Position numbers and translations under genes: made by a program. Shown here in pieces: positions 1 to 9,437 of a DNA stretch of 35,490 bases. The stretch is from Candidatus Nanopelagicales bacterium (GTDB lineage: Bacteria; Actinomycetota; Actinomycetes; S36-B12), in assembly GCA_021741845.1 (NCBI GenBank), contig JAIOWY010000003.1, positions 1 through 35,490 on the forward strand, given 5' to 3'. The notes under the pieces were generated by a model. It saw nothing but the letters and a program-made list of their open reading frames with translations, made no database searches and was not told the DNA's origin. Each line of letters begins with the position of its first letter. Position 1 is the first letter of the stretch.

Positions 1-288
1 CTCCCGAACCAACTGAGCGGTGTGGTTGAGCAGAGACACTCCAGATGCGTCAGACCACTGCGGGTCGCTGGTGCCAAAAACGGCACCTAGGTCACCAAGT
101 CCAGCGGCGGAGAGCAATGAATCGCAGAGAGCATGGGAGGCAACATCCGCATCGCTGTGCCCAGCGAGACCGGGCTCACCTGGCCACAACAGTCCGGCTA
201 GCCACAACGGCCGTTGTGGATCAAAGGCGTGCACGTCCGTACCAATCCCCACCAAGGGGAGGCGCGCACCGTCAGCTGATGGAGCCAC
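1..288 (-). CDS. ispF: 2-C-methyl-D-erythritol 2,4-cyclodiphosphate synthase (partial, runs off the window start)
   Basis: Not in the ORF track. Manual translation from GTG 288 gives [22 protein letters not shown]...[26 protein letters not shown], containing the GxGxDxH and GHSDxD IspF motifs. It overlaps the end of ispD. Confidence 0.95.
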   Translation of the reverse strand, partial: MAPSADGARLPLVGIGTDVHAFDPQRPLWLAGLLWPGEPGLAGHSDADVASHALCDSLLSAAGLGDLGAVFGTSDPQWSDASGVSLLNHTAQLVRE

Positions 289-979
289 TGGATCTCCGTT
301 TCGCAATGATCGCTTCAGCGATCGTGATGTCAAATGGTCGAGTGATTTTTAACGCTTCCGCGTGACCGGGAATAACGTGCACCGGAACACCCATGGATTC
401 CACTAAGCCTGCGTCGTCTGTCCGCGCATTGTCAGGATCGGCACCTGCATGCGCTTGCTGCAATACCGTCCGAGTGAATCCCTGGGGGGTTTGAACAGCG
501 CGCAACGACTCGCGATCCACGGTGCGGGTCACCTGATCTACGTCATTAACTTCCTTGATCGTGTCCGTCACCGGGAGGCACGGGATCACGCAGTCGTGAC
601 CCTGCCGCACACTCGCCACCACGCTGGTCACCATTTCCACGGGGACCAACGGACGAGCGGCATCATGGACCAACACAACATCCACGTCGGGGGGAAGGGT
701 GATCAGGGCACGTGCCACGGACTCTTGGCGCGTGGAACCCCCCGCAACAACACTGACCTCTGCACTGAAACTGGAACGCCCGAGCAGTCCGGTGACAAAA
801 TCAACGTCGGACTCGGGCGCCGCGATCACCACTAAATCAACCGCGGGGCTGGCGGCGAGCGCGTGGACCGCGTGCACCAACATGGGCACACCGGCCAGTT
901 CGCGTAATGCTTTGGGTGTACCCGGACCGAGGCGTTCGCCTCGGCCAGCAGCGGGCACCAACACGGCAGTTCGGGTCAA
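272..979 (-). CDS. ispD: 2-C-methyl-D-erythritol 4-phosphate cytidylyltransferase
   Basis: Motifs [36 protein letters not shown] and KITRPFD. The TTG start is uncertain. Confidence 0.96.
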   Translation of the reverse strand: MTRTAVLVPAAGRGERLGPGTPKALRELAGVPMLVHAVHALAASPAVDLVVIAAPESDVDFVTGLLGRSSFSAEVSVVAGGSTRQESVARALITLPPDVDVVLVHDAARPLVPVEMVTSVVASVRQGHDCVIPCLPVTDTIKEVNDVDQVTRTVDRESLRAVQTPQGFTRTVLQQAHAGADPDNARTDDAGLVESMGVPVHVIPGHAEALKITRPFDITIAEAIIAKRRSSGSIS

Positions 980-1014
980 TTCCCCAACTTTCGATCAGGA
1001 GATTTTTCCTGAAT

Positions 1015-1497
1015 TTAAGAGGCGAGTACCTCGTCCAGCATTTCCTCTGCCTTAACTTCGTCGGTCTTCTCAGCCAGTGCCAGCTCGCTGACCAGGATCT
1101 GACGAGCCTTGGCCAACATGCGCTTCTCACCCGCGGAGAGCCCGCGATCCTGCTCCCGGCGCCAGAGGTCACGCACAACCTCAGCAACCTTGATCACGTC
1201 ACCGGAGGACAACTTCTCCAGGTTCGCCTTGTAGCGGCGCGACCAGTTGGTGGGTTCCTCGGTGTAGGGCTGGCGCAACACGCCAAAAACGCGGTCCAGT
1301 CCGGCTGCGTCCACAACGTCGCGGACGCCTACAAGATCGACGTTGTCCGAGGGGACGCGAACGGTCAGATCACCCTGGGCGACCCGTAGGACCAGGTACT
1401 CCCGATCCTCACCTTTAATTTTTCGCATCTCGACCGCTTCAATGAGTGCGGCCCCGTGATGGGGGTAGACAACTGTTTCGCCGACCTTAAAAGCCAT
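1015..1497 (-). CDS. carD: CarD RNA polymerase-binding transcription factor
   Basis: [20 protein letters not shown]...[17 protein letters not shown]...[12 protein letters not shown]-like GAAAGGGG upstream. carD-ispD-ispF synteny. Confidence 0.97.
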   Translation of the reverse strand: MAFKVGETVVYPHHGAALIEAVEMRKIKGEDREYLVLRVAQGDLTVRVPSDNVDLVGVRDVVDAAGLDRVFGVLRQPYTEEPTNWSRRYKANLEKLSSGDVIKVAEVVRDLWRREQDRGLSAGEKRMLAKARQILVSELALAEKTDEVKAEEMLDEVLAS

Positions 1498-1524
1498 ATG
1501 AATGAACCCCTTTCAGAGTCCCCA

Positions 1525-1533
1525 ACTTTACCA
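1525..1533 (-). promoter_or_regulatory. Putative extended -10 promoter (TGG-TAAAGT) of carD
   Basis: Minus strand reads gtggTAAAGTtggggactctgaaagggg, about 27 nt before the ATG. Confidence 0.55.
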
Positions 1534-1623
1534 CGGGCACATTGACCAGCCCGAGGCAGTGATTTTTGCCCGCATTCCACCGTCGAATCGCGAGGGAAAC
1601 CCCCGAGCCGGTATCCTCCCCGT

Positions 1624-2166
1624 GTGACATTCACCCACCGTCAAGCACCCGCCCAACCCTCGACCCGCAGCCCACGCCGCCGCGGCGCCAAAATCGCGTT
1701 GGCCACTGCCGGACTCGCCCTGATAATCCCCGGGACAACCGGCTGCTACAACGGACTACAGGCATCCACCAATGTTCAATCGACCACGGCGCCCGGCAAC
1801 GGCGCCCAGGCCACCATTGGCACGCTGTCGGTCGACAACGCCACCCTGGTGCAGGGAGTCGCCACCACCGGAACACTGCTCATGCGGATCGCAAACTTTG
1901 GTCCCGAGGGTGACACTCTGGTTCAAGCCCAAATCAACGGACAGCCAGCAGAAATCGTGGGCACCTCTGTCGAGATCCCAGCCAACAACTCCGTGTCCTT
2001 CGGGTGGGATTCCGTTCATTACGTCAACACGATCGCGCTCACCGTGCCGATTAGTTCCTATGTGCCCGTTATTTTGCAGTTCGAAAAAGCTGGCGCCGTC
2101 GAGATGCAGGTATTGACCGTGCCACCGACCGGTGTCTACGAAGGGATCGCTCCCGGCGGGGCGTAA
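1624..2166 (+). CDS. Lipoprotein divergent from carD (LpqE/DUF461-like)
   Basis: Arg-rich N-region, hydrophobic helix and lipobox TTG-C. C-terminal VPVILQFEKAGAVEMQV resembles the PCu(A)C/LpqE fold, but no obvious HxM copper motif is present. Leaderless layout TATCCT-N6-GTG. Confidence 0.7.
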   Translation: MTFTHRQAPAQPSTRSPRRRGAKIALATAGLALIIPGTTGCYNGLQASTNVQSTTAPGNGAQATIGTLSVDNATLVQGVATTGTLLMRIANFGPEGDTLVQAQINGQPAEIVGTSVEIPANNSVSFGWDSVHYVNTIALTVPISSYVPVILQFEKAGAVEMQVLTVPPTGVYEGIAPGGA

Positions 2167-2169
2167 CCG

Positions 2170-2616
2170 TTAATTGATCCCCAGGTCACGCATGAGTTTG
2201 GCCGCGTGACCGGTTGCTTTCACATTACGAAACTCACGTTCAATATTTCCTTGGGCATCGATAATAAAAGTGGACCGAATAACCCCGGTCACGACTTTCC
2301 CGTATAACTTCTTTTCACCAAATGCCCCGTACTTTGTCATTACTTTTTTATCGGGATCACTGAGCAAAGTGATACCTAATTTTTCGATCTCGGTGAATTC
2401 CGCGAGCTTGTCCACCGAGTCTGGTGAAATTCCAACCACCTGGTAACCGGCGGTGCGCAAAACACCGAGGTTGTCGGTGAAATCACAGGCCTGCTTGGTG
2501 CAGCCAGGAGTCATGGCCGCGGGATAGAAATACAGAATCACTCGCTGGCCGGCAAAGTCTGACAGTTTCACGCGCTGACCGTTCTGATCTGCCAACGTGA
2601 ATGCCGGTGCTTTCAT
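2170..2616 (-). CDS. bcp: BCP/PrxQ thioredoxin-dependent peroxiredoxin
   Basis: YFYPAAMTPGCTKQACDF (CxxxxC), GISPD and RSTFIID. Start moved to ATG 2616, which follows the SD GAGGAAGGGG. Confidence 0.93.
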   Translation of the reverse strand: MKAPAFTLADQNGQRVKLSDFAGQRVILYFYPAAMTPGCTKQACDFTDNLGVLRTAGYQVVGISPDSVDKLAEFTEIEKLGITLLSDPDKKVMTKYGAFGEKKLYGKVVTGVIRSTFIIDAQGNIEREFRNVKATGHAAKLMRDLGIN

Positions 2617-2639
2617 GACTCCCCTTCCTCGCAAACAAA

Positions 2640-3383
2640 TTAAACGAAATTGGCAACAAGCAATGTCAGCAGTGGGGCAATGATCAATGCGGGAAGCAGA
2701 TCCCCCACGGCCACGGATTTAATACGCAACACTCTCAACCCAACCCCGATCAGGAGTACTCCACCGGTGGCGGTAATCGAGGCCACCAAGGCTTCGGTGA
2801 GGAACGCACCGGCGAAGTAGGAAATGACGGTCACTGCACCTTGATAAATACCGACGGCAAGTGCTGATGCCAACACACCCCACCCCATGGTGGCTGCGAA
2901 TGCAATCGACGCAAAACCGTCCAGGGCTGACTTCAATGCCAACTGATCAATACCTAGACCCAGACCGTCACTGAGCGCGCCCAAAATGGCGAGTGGTCCA
3001 ATACAGAAAATCAAACTCGCATCAACAAAACCTTCAATGAAGCGAGCGCGACCTGCGGAACTGTCTCCGGAGGAGAACTTGCTCTGGAGCCATCCGCCCA
3101 GTGCTTCCATGCGGGTCTCAATGCGCAGGAGTGAGCCAATAATCCCGCCGGCAATGAGTGAACCCAAAATGATCAGCAGGGTGGCAGACCCACCGACAGC
3201 ATCCACCCAGGCCTGGTCACGCAGGGACATGATGTTCAGCGCCGCAATAACCAGCACCAGCATTCCGAGTGAGTCGGTCACAACAGCGCGCGTGCGTTCG
3301 GGCAGACGGTTACCGAGCGCAATGCCGATCAACGAACCAATAGCAATGGCCGCCACATTGAGGATCGTGCCGAGACCTACCAC
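2640..3383 (-). CDS. DUF554 family membrane protein
   Basis: MVGLGTILNVAAI...EGFVDASLIFCIGPLAILGAL...KSALDGFASIAFAATMGWGV. The ORF-track extension into regX3 is rejected. Confidence 0.88.
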   Translation of the reverse strand: MVGLGTILNVAAIAIGSLIGIALGNRLPERTRAVVTDSLGMLVLVIAALNIMSLRDQAWVDAVGGSATLLIILGSLIAGGIIGSLLRIETRMEALGGWLQSKFSSGDSSAGRARFIEGFVDASLIFCIGPLAILGALSDGLGLGIDQLALKSALDGFASIAFAATMGWGVLASALAVGIYQGAVTVISYFAGAFLTEALVASITATGGVLLIGVGLRVLRIKSVAVGDLLPALIIAPLLTLLVANFV

Positions 3384-3438
3384 GGGGAAATCACGGAGTG
3401 GACAGTAGCAAGGAAGTGGGGCAGATGCGGGGGTGAGA

Positions 3439-4119
3439 TCAGATCTCGTACTTATATCCGAGTCCGCGCACAGTGAGGATATGCACCGGGTTTGCGGGAT
3501 CCTCTTCAATCTTGGCGCGCAAACGCTTGATGTGGACGTCGAGTGTCTTGGTATCCCCCACGTAGTCAGCGCCCCACACTCGGTCAATTAATTGATTGCG
3601 GGTGAGTACTCGGCCCGAATTGCGTACCAAGAACTCTAGAAGGTCAAACTCTTTGAGTGGCATGGTGATATTTGTTCCGCGCACAGACACAACGTGACGC
3701 TCAATATCAATGCGTACCCCACCTGCTTCAACAGTTGGGGGGAGCAACTCCTCTTGTTCGCCATGGCGGCGCAGTACTGCGCGAATGCGGGCGAGTAATT
3801 CGCGGGACGAGAAGGGCTTGGTCACGTAGTCGTCCGCACCTAATTCGAGTCCCACGACCTTGTCCACTTCACCGTCTTTGGCGGTGAGCATGATGATGGG
3901 GACGGAGGACTTACCCCGAATAGTGCGACACACCTCGGTGCCGGAAATTCCCGGAAGCATGAGGTCGAGCAAGATCAAGTCTGGACCATGCTTATCGAAT
4001 TCAGTGAGAGCCGCATTGCCGTCCGCCGCAACGAATACTTCGTAGCCCTCTTTGCGCAACATGAAAGACAATGCGTCAGAGAAGGAGTCCTCGTCCTCAA
4101 CGACCAGCACGCGAGTCAC
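3439..4119 (-). CDS. regX3: OmpR-family response regulator RegX3/PhoP (phosphate sensing)
   Basis: MTRVLVVEDEDSFSDALSFMLRKEG...LLDLMLPG...DRVWGADYVGDTKTLDVHIKRLRAKIE. GTGA overlap with the kinase gene. Confidence 0.95.
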   Translation of the reverse strand: MTRVLVVEDEDSFSDALSFMLRKEGYEVFVAADGNAALTEFDKHGPDLILLDLMLPGISGTEVCRTIRGKSSVPIIMLTAKDGEVDKVVGLELGADDYVTKPFSSRELLARIRAVLRRHGEQEELLPPTVEAGGVRIDIERHVVSVRGTNITMPLKEFDLLEFLVRNSGRVLTRNQLIDRVWGADYVGDTKTLDVHIKRLRAKIEEDPANPVHILTVRGLGYKYEI

Positions 4120-5252
4120 AGTGATCGACCTTTCACAACAGACAGCGTATCCACGGTGAACTCCTGGGCTTCACGCGATTGCTCCAACATGGGGTTATAA
4201 GCAGGTATCCGCAAGGTGAAGGTGGAACCTGTCCCTACCTCAGACCAGACAGTGCACTCGCCACCGTGGTTTTGACACACATGCTTGACAATGGCCAATC
4301 CCAATCCCGTGCCACCCGTTCCGCGTGAACGCGCCGGGTCGACTCGGTAGAACCGTTCGAAAATTCTGTCGAGATCGTGCGGCGGAATGCCAATTCCCGC
4401 GTCCTTGACCGAGATTTCAACAATCCCGTCAACCTCACGCGCTGTCACCGACACGCGGGTGTTCGCGGCGGAGTAACTGATCGCGTTTGTTAACAAGTTG
4501 CGCAGCGCGGTCAACAACTGGCCGCGATCTCCCAGCAGTGGAGCATCGATTTCCTCGCCGCGAATAATCTCAATGTCCAAACCGGTCGCGATTGTCCGAA
4601 CCTCTTCGATTGCGCGGTTGATCAGTTGATCTGTGTCCACGAGTTCCGCACGGTTCATGGGATCGTCGCTTTGCAAACGAGACAGATCAATAACGTCTTG
4701 AATCAGACTGCCAATGCGCTTGGCTTCTGTCTGCATCTTTTCCGCGAAATGTTGAACCTGCTCGGGGTCGTCCGCAGAACTCAACACCGCCTCGGCCAGA
4801 ATCGAGAGGGCGCCCACCGGTGTTTTCAACTCGTGACTGACGTTCGCCACAAAATCGCGTCGCACCGCGTCAACACGGCGCTCCTCCGCAAGGTCATCTA
4901 TGAGGACCAAAATCGCACCGGAACTCAAGGGAGCAACCCGAACCCGCACCTCCAGGAGCTCGCGACCCAGTGGTGGGCGACGCACCCGCAGAGTTTGCTC
5001 CCGCGGGGATCCGTCGTCGGCCACCTTGCCCACAATGTCCACAATGTCAGGGACAGCGACCACGCTGCGATTGACAATCCCCAGAGTCAACGCGCGGGAA
5101 CTGGCTCGCAGGACAACACCATCAGGGGCGACCACCAGGGAGGCCGAGGGCAGGATCGACAGGATTCGCACGATCTCCTCAGAGACAGCCGGGTAAATAG
5201 CCGGTGTGCGCGGGGTGTCCTCGTCCGGTGTCCCCTTTTTGCGTAGTGCCAC
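4116..5252 (-). CDS. senX3: Sensor histidine kinase SenX3/PhoR (PAS-like, HisKA and HATPase domains)
   Basis: H-box RDFVANVSHELKTP, N-box NLLTNAISYS, FERFYRVD and GGTGLGLAIVKH. Start placed at GTG 5252 by the TATCCT-N7-GTG leaderless pattern. Confidence 0.92.
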   Translation of the reverse strand: MALRKKGTPDEDTPRTPAIYPAVSEEIVRILSILPSASLVVAPDGVVLRASSRALTLGIVNRSVVAVPDIVDIVGKVADDGSPREQTLRVRRPPLGRELLEVRVRVAPLSSGAILVLIDDLAEERRVDAVRRDFVANVSHELKTPVGALSILAEAVLSSADDPEQVQHFAEKMQTEAKRIGSLIQDVIDLSRLQSDDPMNRAELVDTDQLINRAIEEVRTIATGLDIEIIRGEEIDAPLLGDRGQLLTALRNLLTNAISYSAANTRVSVTAREVDGIVEISVKDAGIGIPPHDLDRIFERFYRVDPARSRGTGGTGLGLAIVKHVCQNHGGECTVWSEVGTGSTFTLRIPAYNPMLEQSREAQEFTVDTLSVVKGRSL

Positions 5253-5346
5253 GTAGCACAGGATAGAGCGCCGTCGACAACCCGAATCGCCACGCACGGC
5301 GCGAACACGCCAAAGTTAGGACAACATTCCGCTAATTGCTCCTACT

Positions 5347-5379
5347 GTTCACCCGGCGTATGCCACCAGTTCACTCAGC
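5347..5379 (+). promoter_or_regulatory. PHO box (11-nt direct-repeat units) between senX3 and phoU
   Basis: GTTCACCCGGC / GTATGCCACCA / GTTCACTCAGC. The GTTCA cores are exactly 22 nt apart, matching the Streptomyces PhoP GTTCA-N6 unit. Confidence 0.75.
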
Positions 5380-5476
5380 CCGGTGGAAACTGGTCAATAA
5401 CGGGAGTTTCCCCACGGGAGAGGCAGCATTCCGGTCCACGGCGTAAAGTTGAGCCGATCAAGGAAACGGAGTCCTC

Positions 5477-6139
5477 ATGCGGCAGACCTATTACGAGCAA
5501 CTCGAGAACGTCAACAGTGATCTTGTTGAGGTCACGCGACTTGTGGGCTCCGCCATGAACCGTGCTACCCAGGCACTCTTGGACGCGGATCTGCATCTCG
5601 CTGAAGCAGTCATTGATTTCGATGCCAAAGTGGACACGCTCACCGCCAGTATTGAAGAGCGCTGCTTTGAACTTGTTGCCCTCCAAGCGCCGGTGGCATC
5701 TGATTTGCGCAGCATTCTGGGGTACATGAAAATCTCGAGTTCGTTGGAGCGTATGGGTGACTTGGCCGAGCATGTTGCCAAGCAGGCACGTATGCGCCAC
5801 CCCAAAGTCGCGGTCCCCCAAGAGGTGCGTGGCACCTTCGCGGAAATGGGTGGGCTAGCCGAGGCAATTGTGAACAAGACCGGATCGGTCATTGCAACAA
5901 AAGATGTATTCCTGTGTGCTGACATTGCTCGCCACGACGAGGAAATGGATCGCTTACACCGCGAGCTCTTCACCATTGTGTTGTCACCGTCGTGGAGGTA
6001 CGGTGTTGAAGAAGCTATTGACGTAACCTTGCTCTCTCGTTTTTATGAGCGTTATGCCGACCACGCGGTGTCTGTCTCGAAGCGAGTGGTGACCATTGTC
6101 ACGGGAGAGCCATACGTTGCCGTGTCGTTAGCTAACTAG
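5477..6139 (+). CDS. phoU: Phosphate signalling protein PhoU
   Basis: LQAPVASDLR, SLERMGDLAEHVAK, DEEMDRLH and RFYERYADHAVS. Divergent from senX3. SD AAGGA/GGAG; candidate -10 TAAAGT at 5444-5449. Confidence 0.95.
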   Translation: MRQTYYEQLENVNSDLVEVTRLVGSAMNRATQALLDADLHLAEAVIDFDAKVDTLTASIEERCFELVALQAPVASDLRSILGYMKISSSLERMGDLAEHVAKQARMRHPKVAVPQEVRGTFAEMGGLAEAIVNKTGSVIATKDVFLCADIARHDEEMDRLHRELFTIVLSPSWRYGVEEAIDVTLLSRFYERYADHAVSVSKRVVTIVTGEPYVAVSLAN

Positions 6140-6148
6140 GCACACGCC

Positions 6149-7435
6149 ATGCTTCCCGACCGCGTTGCAGTTCTCTCCATTCATACTTCACCACTTGATC
6201 AACCAGGGACCGGTGACGCCGGTGGAATGAACGTCTATGTCGTGGAGACAGCCAAGCGACTTGCGCAATCCGGTGTTGAAGTAGATATCTTCACTCGGGC
6301 AACAACATCTGCACTTCCACCGTCGGTGGAATTAGCGCCGGGCGTCACGGTGCAACACATCACCGCTGGACCGTATGAAGGTCTCATGAAAAACGACCTC
6401 CCCGGTCAACTCTGCGCGGTCACCGCCGGTGTTATGCGGGCGGAAGCCGCTAAGCCAGAGGGGTATTACGGCCTCATTCATTCCCACTACTGGCTATCGG
6501 GGCAAGTGGGCTGGCTTGCCTCCGAACGGTGGCGCGTGCCACTCGTGCACACCATGCACACCATGGGACGCGTCAAGAATTTGGATCTGGCCCAAGGGGA
6601 CCGACCCGAGCCGGAAATGAGAATCATTGGCGAGCAACAGGTAGTTGCCGCCGCACAGCGGTTGGTGGCCAACACGGAAGTGGAGGCACAACAACTGGTC
6701 GATCTGTATAACGCGGATCCGCACCGCATTGACGTGGTTAACCCCGGCGTTGACCTGCACATGTTCTCCCCGGGATCAAAATCGGAAGCACGCAAACTCC
6801 TTGATGTTGAACTCGATGCCACCGTGTTGCTGTATGTCGGGCGGATCCAGCCGCTGAAAGCTCCCGATATTTTGATCCGTGCTGCAGCGGAACTGGTGGC
6901 CATGCGACCGGAAATACGTAGCTCACTTGTGGTGGTCATTTGCGGTGGCGCTTCTGGCAGTGGGCTCGAGCACCCCGAGTCCTTGTCCACCCTGGCCCAC
7001 GACCTAGGCATTAGCGATCTCGTTCGTTTTGAACCGCCCGGCTCCCGCGAAACCCTGGTTCAGTGGTACCGAGCCGCTGACCTCACCGTTGTCCCGTCCT
7101 ACTCCGAGTCCTTTGGTCTGGTGGCCGTGGAGTCCCAGGCCTGTGGCACCCCCGTGGTGGCCGCTGCCGTTGGCGGGCTCACAACCGCGGTATCGGATCA
7201 CGTCAGTGGACGACTGATCCAAGGCCACAACCCCATTGCCTACTCCCATGTCTTGAATCAACTGATTCTGAATCCGGTGCACCGCAAGGAACTGTCCGCG
7301 GGTGCGCGTATGCATGCGGCGTCCTTCGGATGGGAGAACACAACAGCAGGTTTACTCAAGTCCTACTCGCTAGCCTTGCAGTCCTATTCACCCAACTCCA
7401 CCGAACTCCATGTGACCCTGGGCACCCATGACTGA
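6149..7435 (+). CDS. mshA: D-inositol-3-phosphate glycosyltransferase (mycothiol synthesis)
   Basis: [48 protein letters not shown] and [20 protein letters not shown]. Confidence 0.96.
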   Translation: MLPDRVAVLSIHTSPLDQPGTGDAGGMNVYVVETAKRLAQSGVEVDIFTRATTSALPPSVELAPGVTVQHITAGPYEGLMKNDLPGQLCAVTAGVMRAEAAKPEGYYGLIHSHYWLSGQVGWLASERWRVPLVHTMHTMGRVKNLDLAQGDRPEPEMRIIGEQQVVAAAQRLVANTEVEAQQLVDLYNADPHRIDVVNPGVDLHMFSPGSKSEARKLLDVELDATVLLYVGRIQPLKAPDILIRAAAELVAMRPEIRSSLVVVICGGASGSGLEHPESLSTLAHDLGISDLVRFEPPGSRETLVQWYRAADLTVVPSYSESFGLVAVESQACGTPVVAAAVGGLTTAVSDHVSGRLIQGHNPIAYSHVLNQLILNPVHRKELSAGARMHAASFGWENTTAGLLKSYSLALQSYSPNSTELHVTLGTHD

Positions 7436-7922
7436 TCCCACATCTGCGCTGGCCATTATTGAGTCGTATTTGACCGAGTCGCAGCTTGTTTTTGAACGCA
7501 CCAACAACATCATTGTTGTGACCATTCCTGGTGAGAAGAAACTAACCACAACCTGCTCACTCAGCGTGGGGGATAGCGCACTCACCATCAACGCATTTGT
7601 TGCACGTCACCCCGACGACAACGCAGAAGAGGTGTACCGCTGGCTGCTGGAGCGCAACATGAAAATGTATGCGGTGTCATTCGCGGTGGACCACCACGGG
7701 GATATCTATTTAGCCGGGAAGGTCCCCCTCGCCGCTGTCACGGCAGCGGAAGTTGATCGGATTATTGGCTGTGTTGCCCAGTACTCGGACTCCTCGTTTA
7801 ACACCATCCTGGAGTTGGGTTTTGCGACAGCAATCAAAAAGGAATACCAGTGGCGAGTTTCCCGGGGTGAATCCACCGCGAATCTCGCGGCCTTCGCCCA
7901 CATTCTTGAACACCAGGACTGA
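7428..7922 (+). CDS. YbjN-domain protein (Rv0487-like)
   Basis: [16 protein letters not shown] and [30 protein letters not shown]. Conserved position after mshA. Confidence 0.85.
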   Translation: MTDPTSALAIIESYLTESQLVFERTNNIIVVTIPGEKKLTTTCSLSVGDSALTINAFVARHPDDNAEEVYRWLLERNMKMYAVSFAVDHHGDIYLAGKVPLAAVTAAEVDRIIGCVAQYSDSSFNTILELGFATAIKKEYQWRVSRGESTANLAAFAHILEHQD

Positions 7923-7940
7923 TCCGGCAAGATAGGCGAC

Positions 7941-8702
7941 ATGAGTGAAACCGCCTACACCCTGATCCTGCTCCGCCACGGTGAATCCGAGTGGAATGAA
8001 AAGAACTTGTTCACCGGTTGGGTGGATGTTGACCTCACCGAGAAGGGTCGCGCCGAGGCGAAGCGCGGAGGCGAGTTGATCAAAGCAGCTGGCCTGGAAC
8101 CAGATGTGGTGTTCACGTCTCTGCTGCAGCGCGCTATTAAAACGTCACAACTGGCGCTTAATGCCTGCGAGCGACTGTGGATCCCTGTTGTTCGTAACTG
8201 GCGACTCAACGAGCGTCACTACGGTGCGCTCCAAGGCAAAGACAAAGCGCAAACTTTGGCAGAGTACGGCGAGGAACAGTTCATGCTGTGGCGCCGCTCC
8301 TACGACACTCCCCCACCGCCGATTGATCCGACCAGTGAGTACGCGCAAAATTCCGATCCTCGGTATGCGGCGCTACCACCAGAGGCAGTCCCCACCACCG
8401 AATGCCTCGCTGACGTTGTGAAACGACTCATTCCATTCTGGGAAGACGTGATTGTGGCCGAGCATCTGCGCAACCATGAACGCGTACTTGTTGTGGCGCA
8501 TGGCAATTCACTGCGCGCGCTAGTGAAACACCTGGATGGAATTTCTGATTCGGATATTGCCGCGCTCAACATTCCGACAGGAATTCCTTTGGTTTACCGA
8601 CTGGACAAGAACCTCAAACCAATCGTTCCCGGTGGTGAGTATCTGGATCCGGAGGCAGCCAAGGAAGCAGCAGCCGCCGTAGCCAACCAAGGCAAGAAGT
8701 AA
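7941..8702 (+). CDS. gpmA: 2,3-bisphosphoglycerate-dependent phosphoglycerate mutase
   Basis: [43 protein letters not shown] and NIPTGIP. Confidence 0.97.
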   Translation: MSETAYTLILLRHGESEWNEKNLFTGWVDVDLTEKGRAEAKRGGELIKAAGLEPDVVFTSLLQRAIKTSQLALNACERLWIPVVRNWRLNERHYGALQGKDKAQTLAEYGEEQFMLWRRSYDTPPPPIDPTSEYAQNSDPRYAALPPEAVPTTECLADVVKRLIPFWEDVIVAEHLRNHERVLVVAHGNSLRALVKHLDGISDSDIAALNIPTGIPLVYRLDKNLKPIVPGGEYLDPEAAKEAAAAVANQGKK

Positions 8703-8705
8703 ACA

Positions 8706-9437
8706 GTGTCGCTGCACGGTCGCACGGACCGACTGGAACTCGACGACTCAGATATTCGCGACTGGGAAGCGGTTGTGCTGGCCACCGATCCGGAACTCGG
8801 GATTGTCCTGGACCGATCCGCGTTCTATCCCGGTGGCGGGGGTCAACCACCGGATCACGGCGTGTTGCTGTGGAATGGCGTGCAAACCCGGATCGTGGAC
8901 ATTCGCCGGAAAGACGATCTCTGGCTTGTTCCAGCTGAGCGGGACCCCGTCCCTCCGGTGGGCACCGCGGTCCACGGTGCCTTAGAAAATGACCGACGGT
9001 TCGCTCTGATGCGCACCCATTCCGGGCTGCACCTGCTCTCCGGCGTTGTCTTCCGTGACTTTGGTGCATTGGTCACTGGTTCCAACATGGATCCACTCAC
9101 CGGCCGGCTGGACTTCAACCTGGACGCAATCCCCGAGGGGTTTAAAGAATCCATTGAGCAAGCGTGCAATGCGGAAGTAGCGAATAACCGGGCGATCACC
9201 GCTTATGAATTAGCGCGGGAAGAAGCCTTTGCTATCCCCGACATTATTCGCACGGCGTCCAACTTGCTACCGCCCACCATTGAGATTGTTCGAATAGTGG
9301 ATATCAACGGTCTCGACGTCCAAGCAGATGGCGGAACGCACGTGGCGAGCACCGCTCAGATCGGTGCCATGAAGGTTGTGAAGATAGAGAACAAAGGCAA
9401 GGGGTTCCGGCGCATTCGCATTGCGCTGGAAAGTTAG
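8706..9437 (+). CDS. Free-standing alanyl-tRNA editing protein (AlaX-M type)
   Basis: FYPGGGGQPPDHG, MRTHSGLH (HxxxH), RIVDI...DVQADGGTHV and ENKGK. Confidence 0.88.
   Translation: MSLHGRTDRLELDDSDIRDWEAVVLATDPELGIVLDRSAFYPGGGGQPPDHGVLLWNGVQTRIVDIRRKDDLWLVPAERDPVPPVGTAVHGALENDRRFALMRTHSGLHLLSGVVFRDFGALVTGSNMDPLTGRLDFNLDAIPEGFKESIEQACNAEVANNRAITAYELAREEAFAIPDIIRTASNLLPPTIEIVRIVDINGLDVQADGGTHVASTAQIGAMKVVKIENKGKGFRRIRIALES

Noticed and set aside
5385-5411. Inverted repeat GGAAACT-N13-AGTTTCC upstream of phoU
   Set aside because: Short arms and a long loop, located upstream of the candidate -10. It cannot be distinguished from chance.
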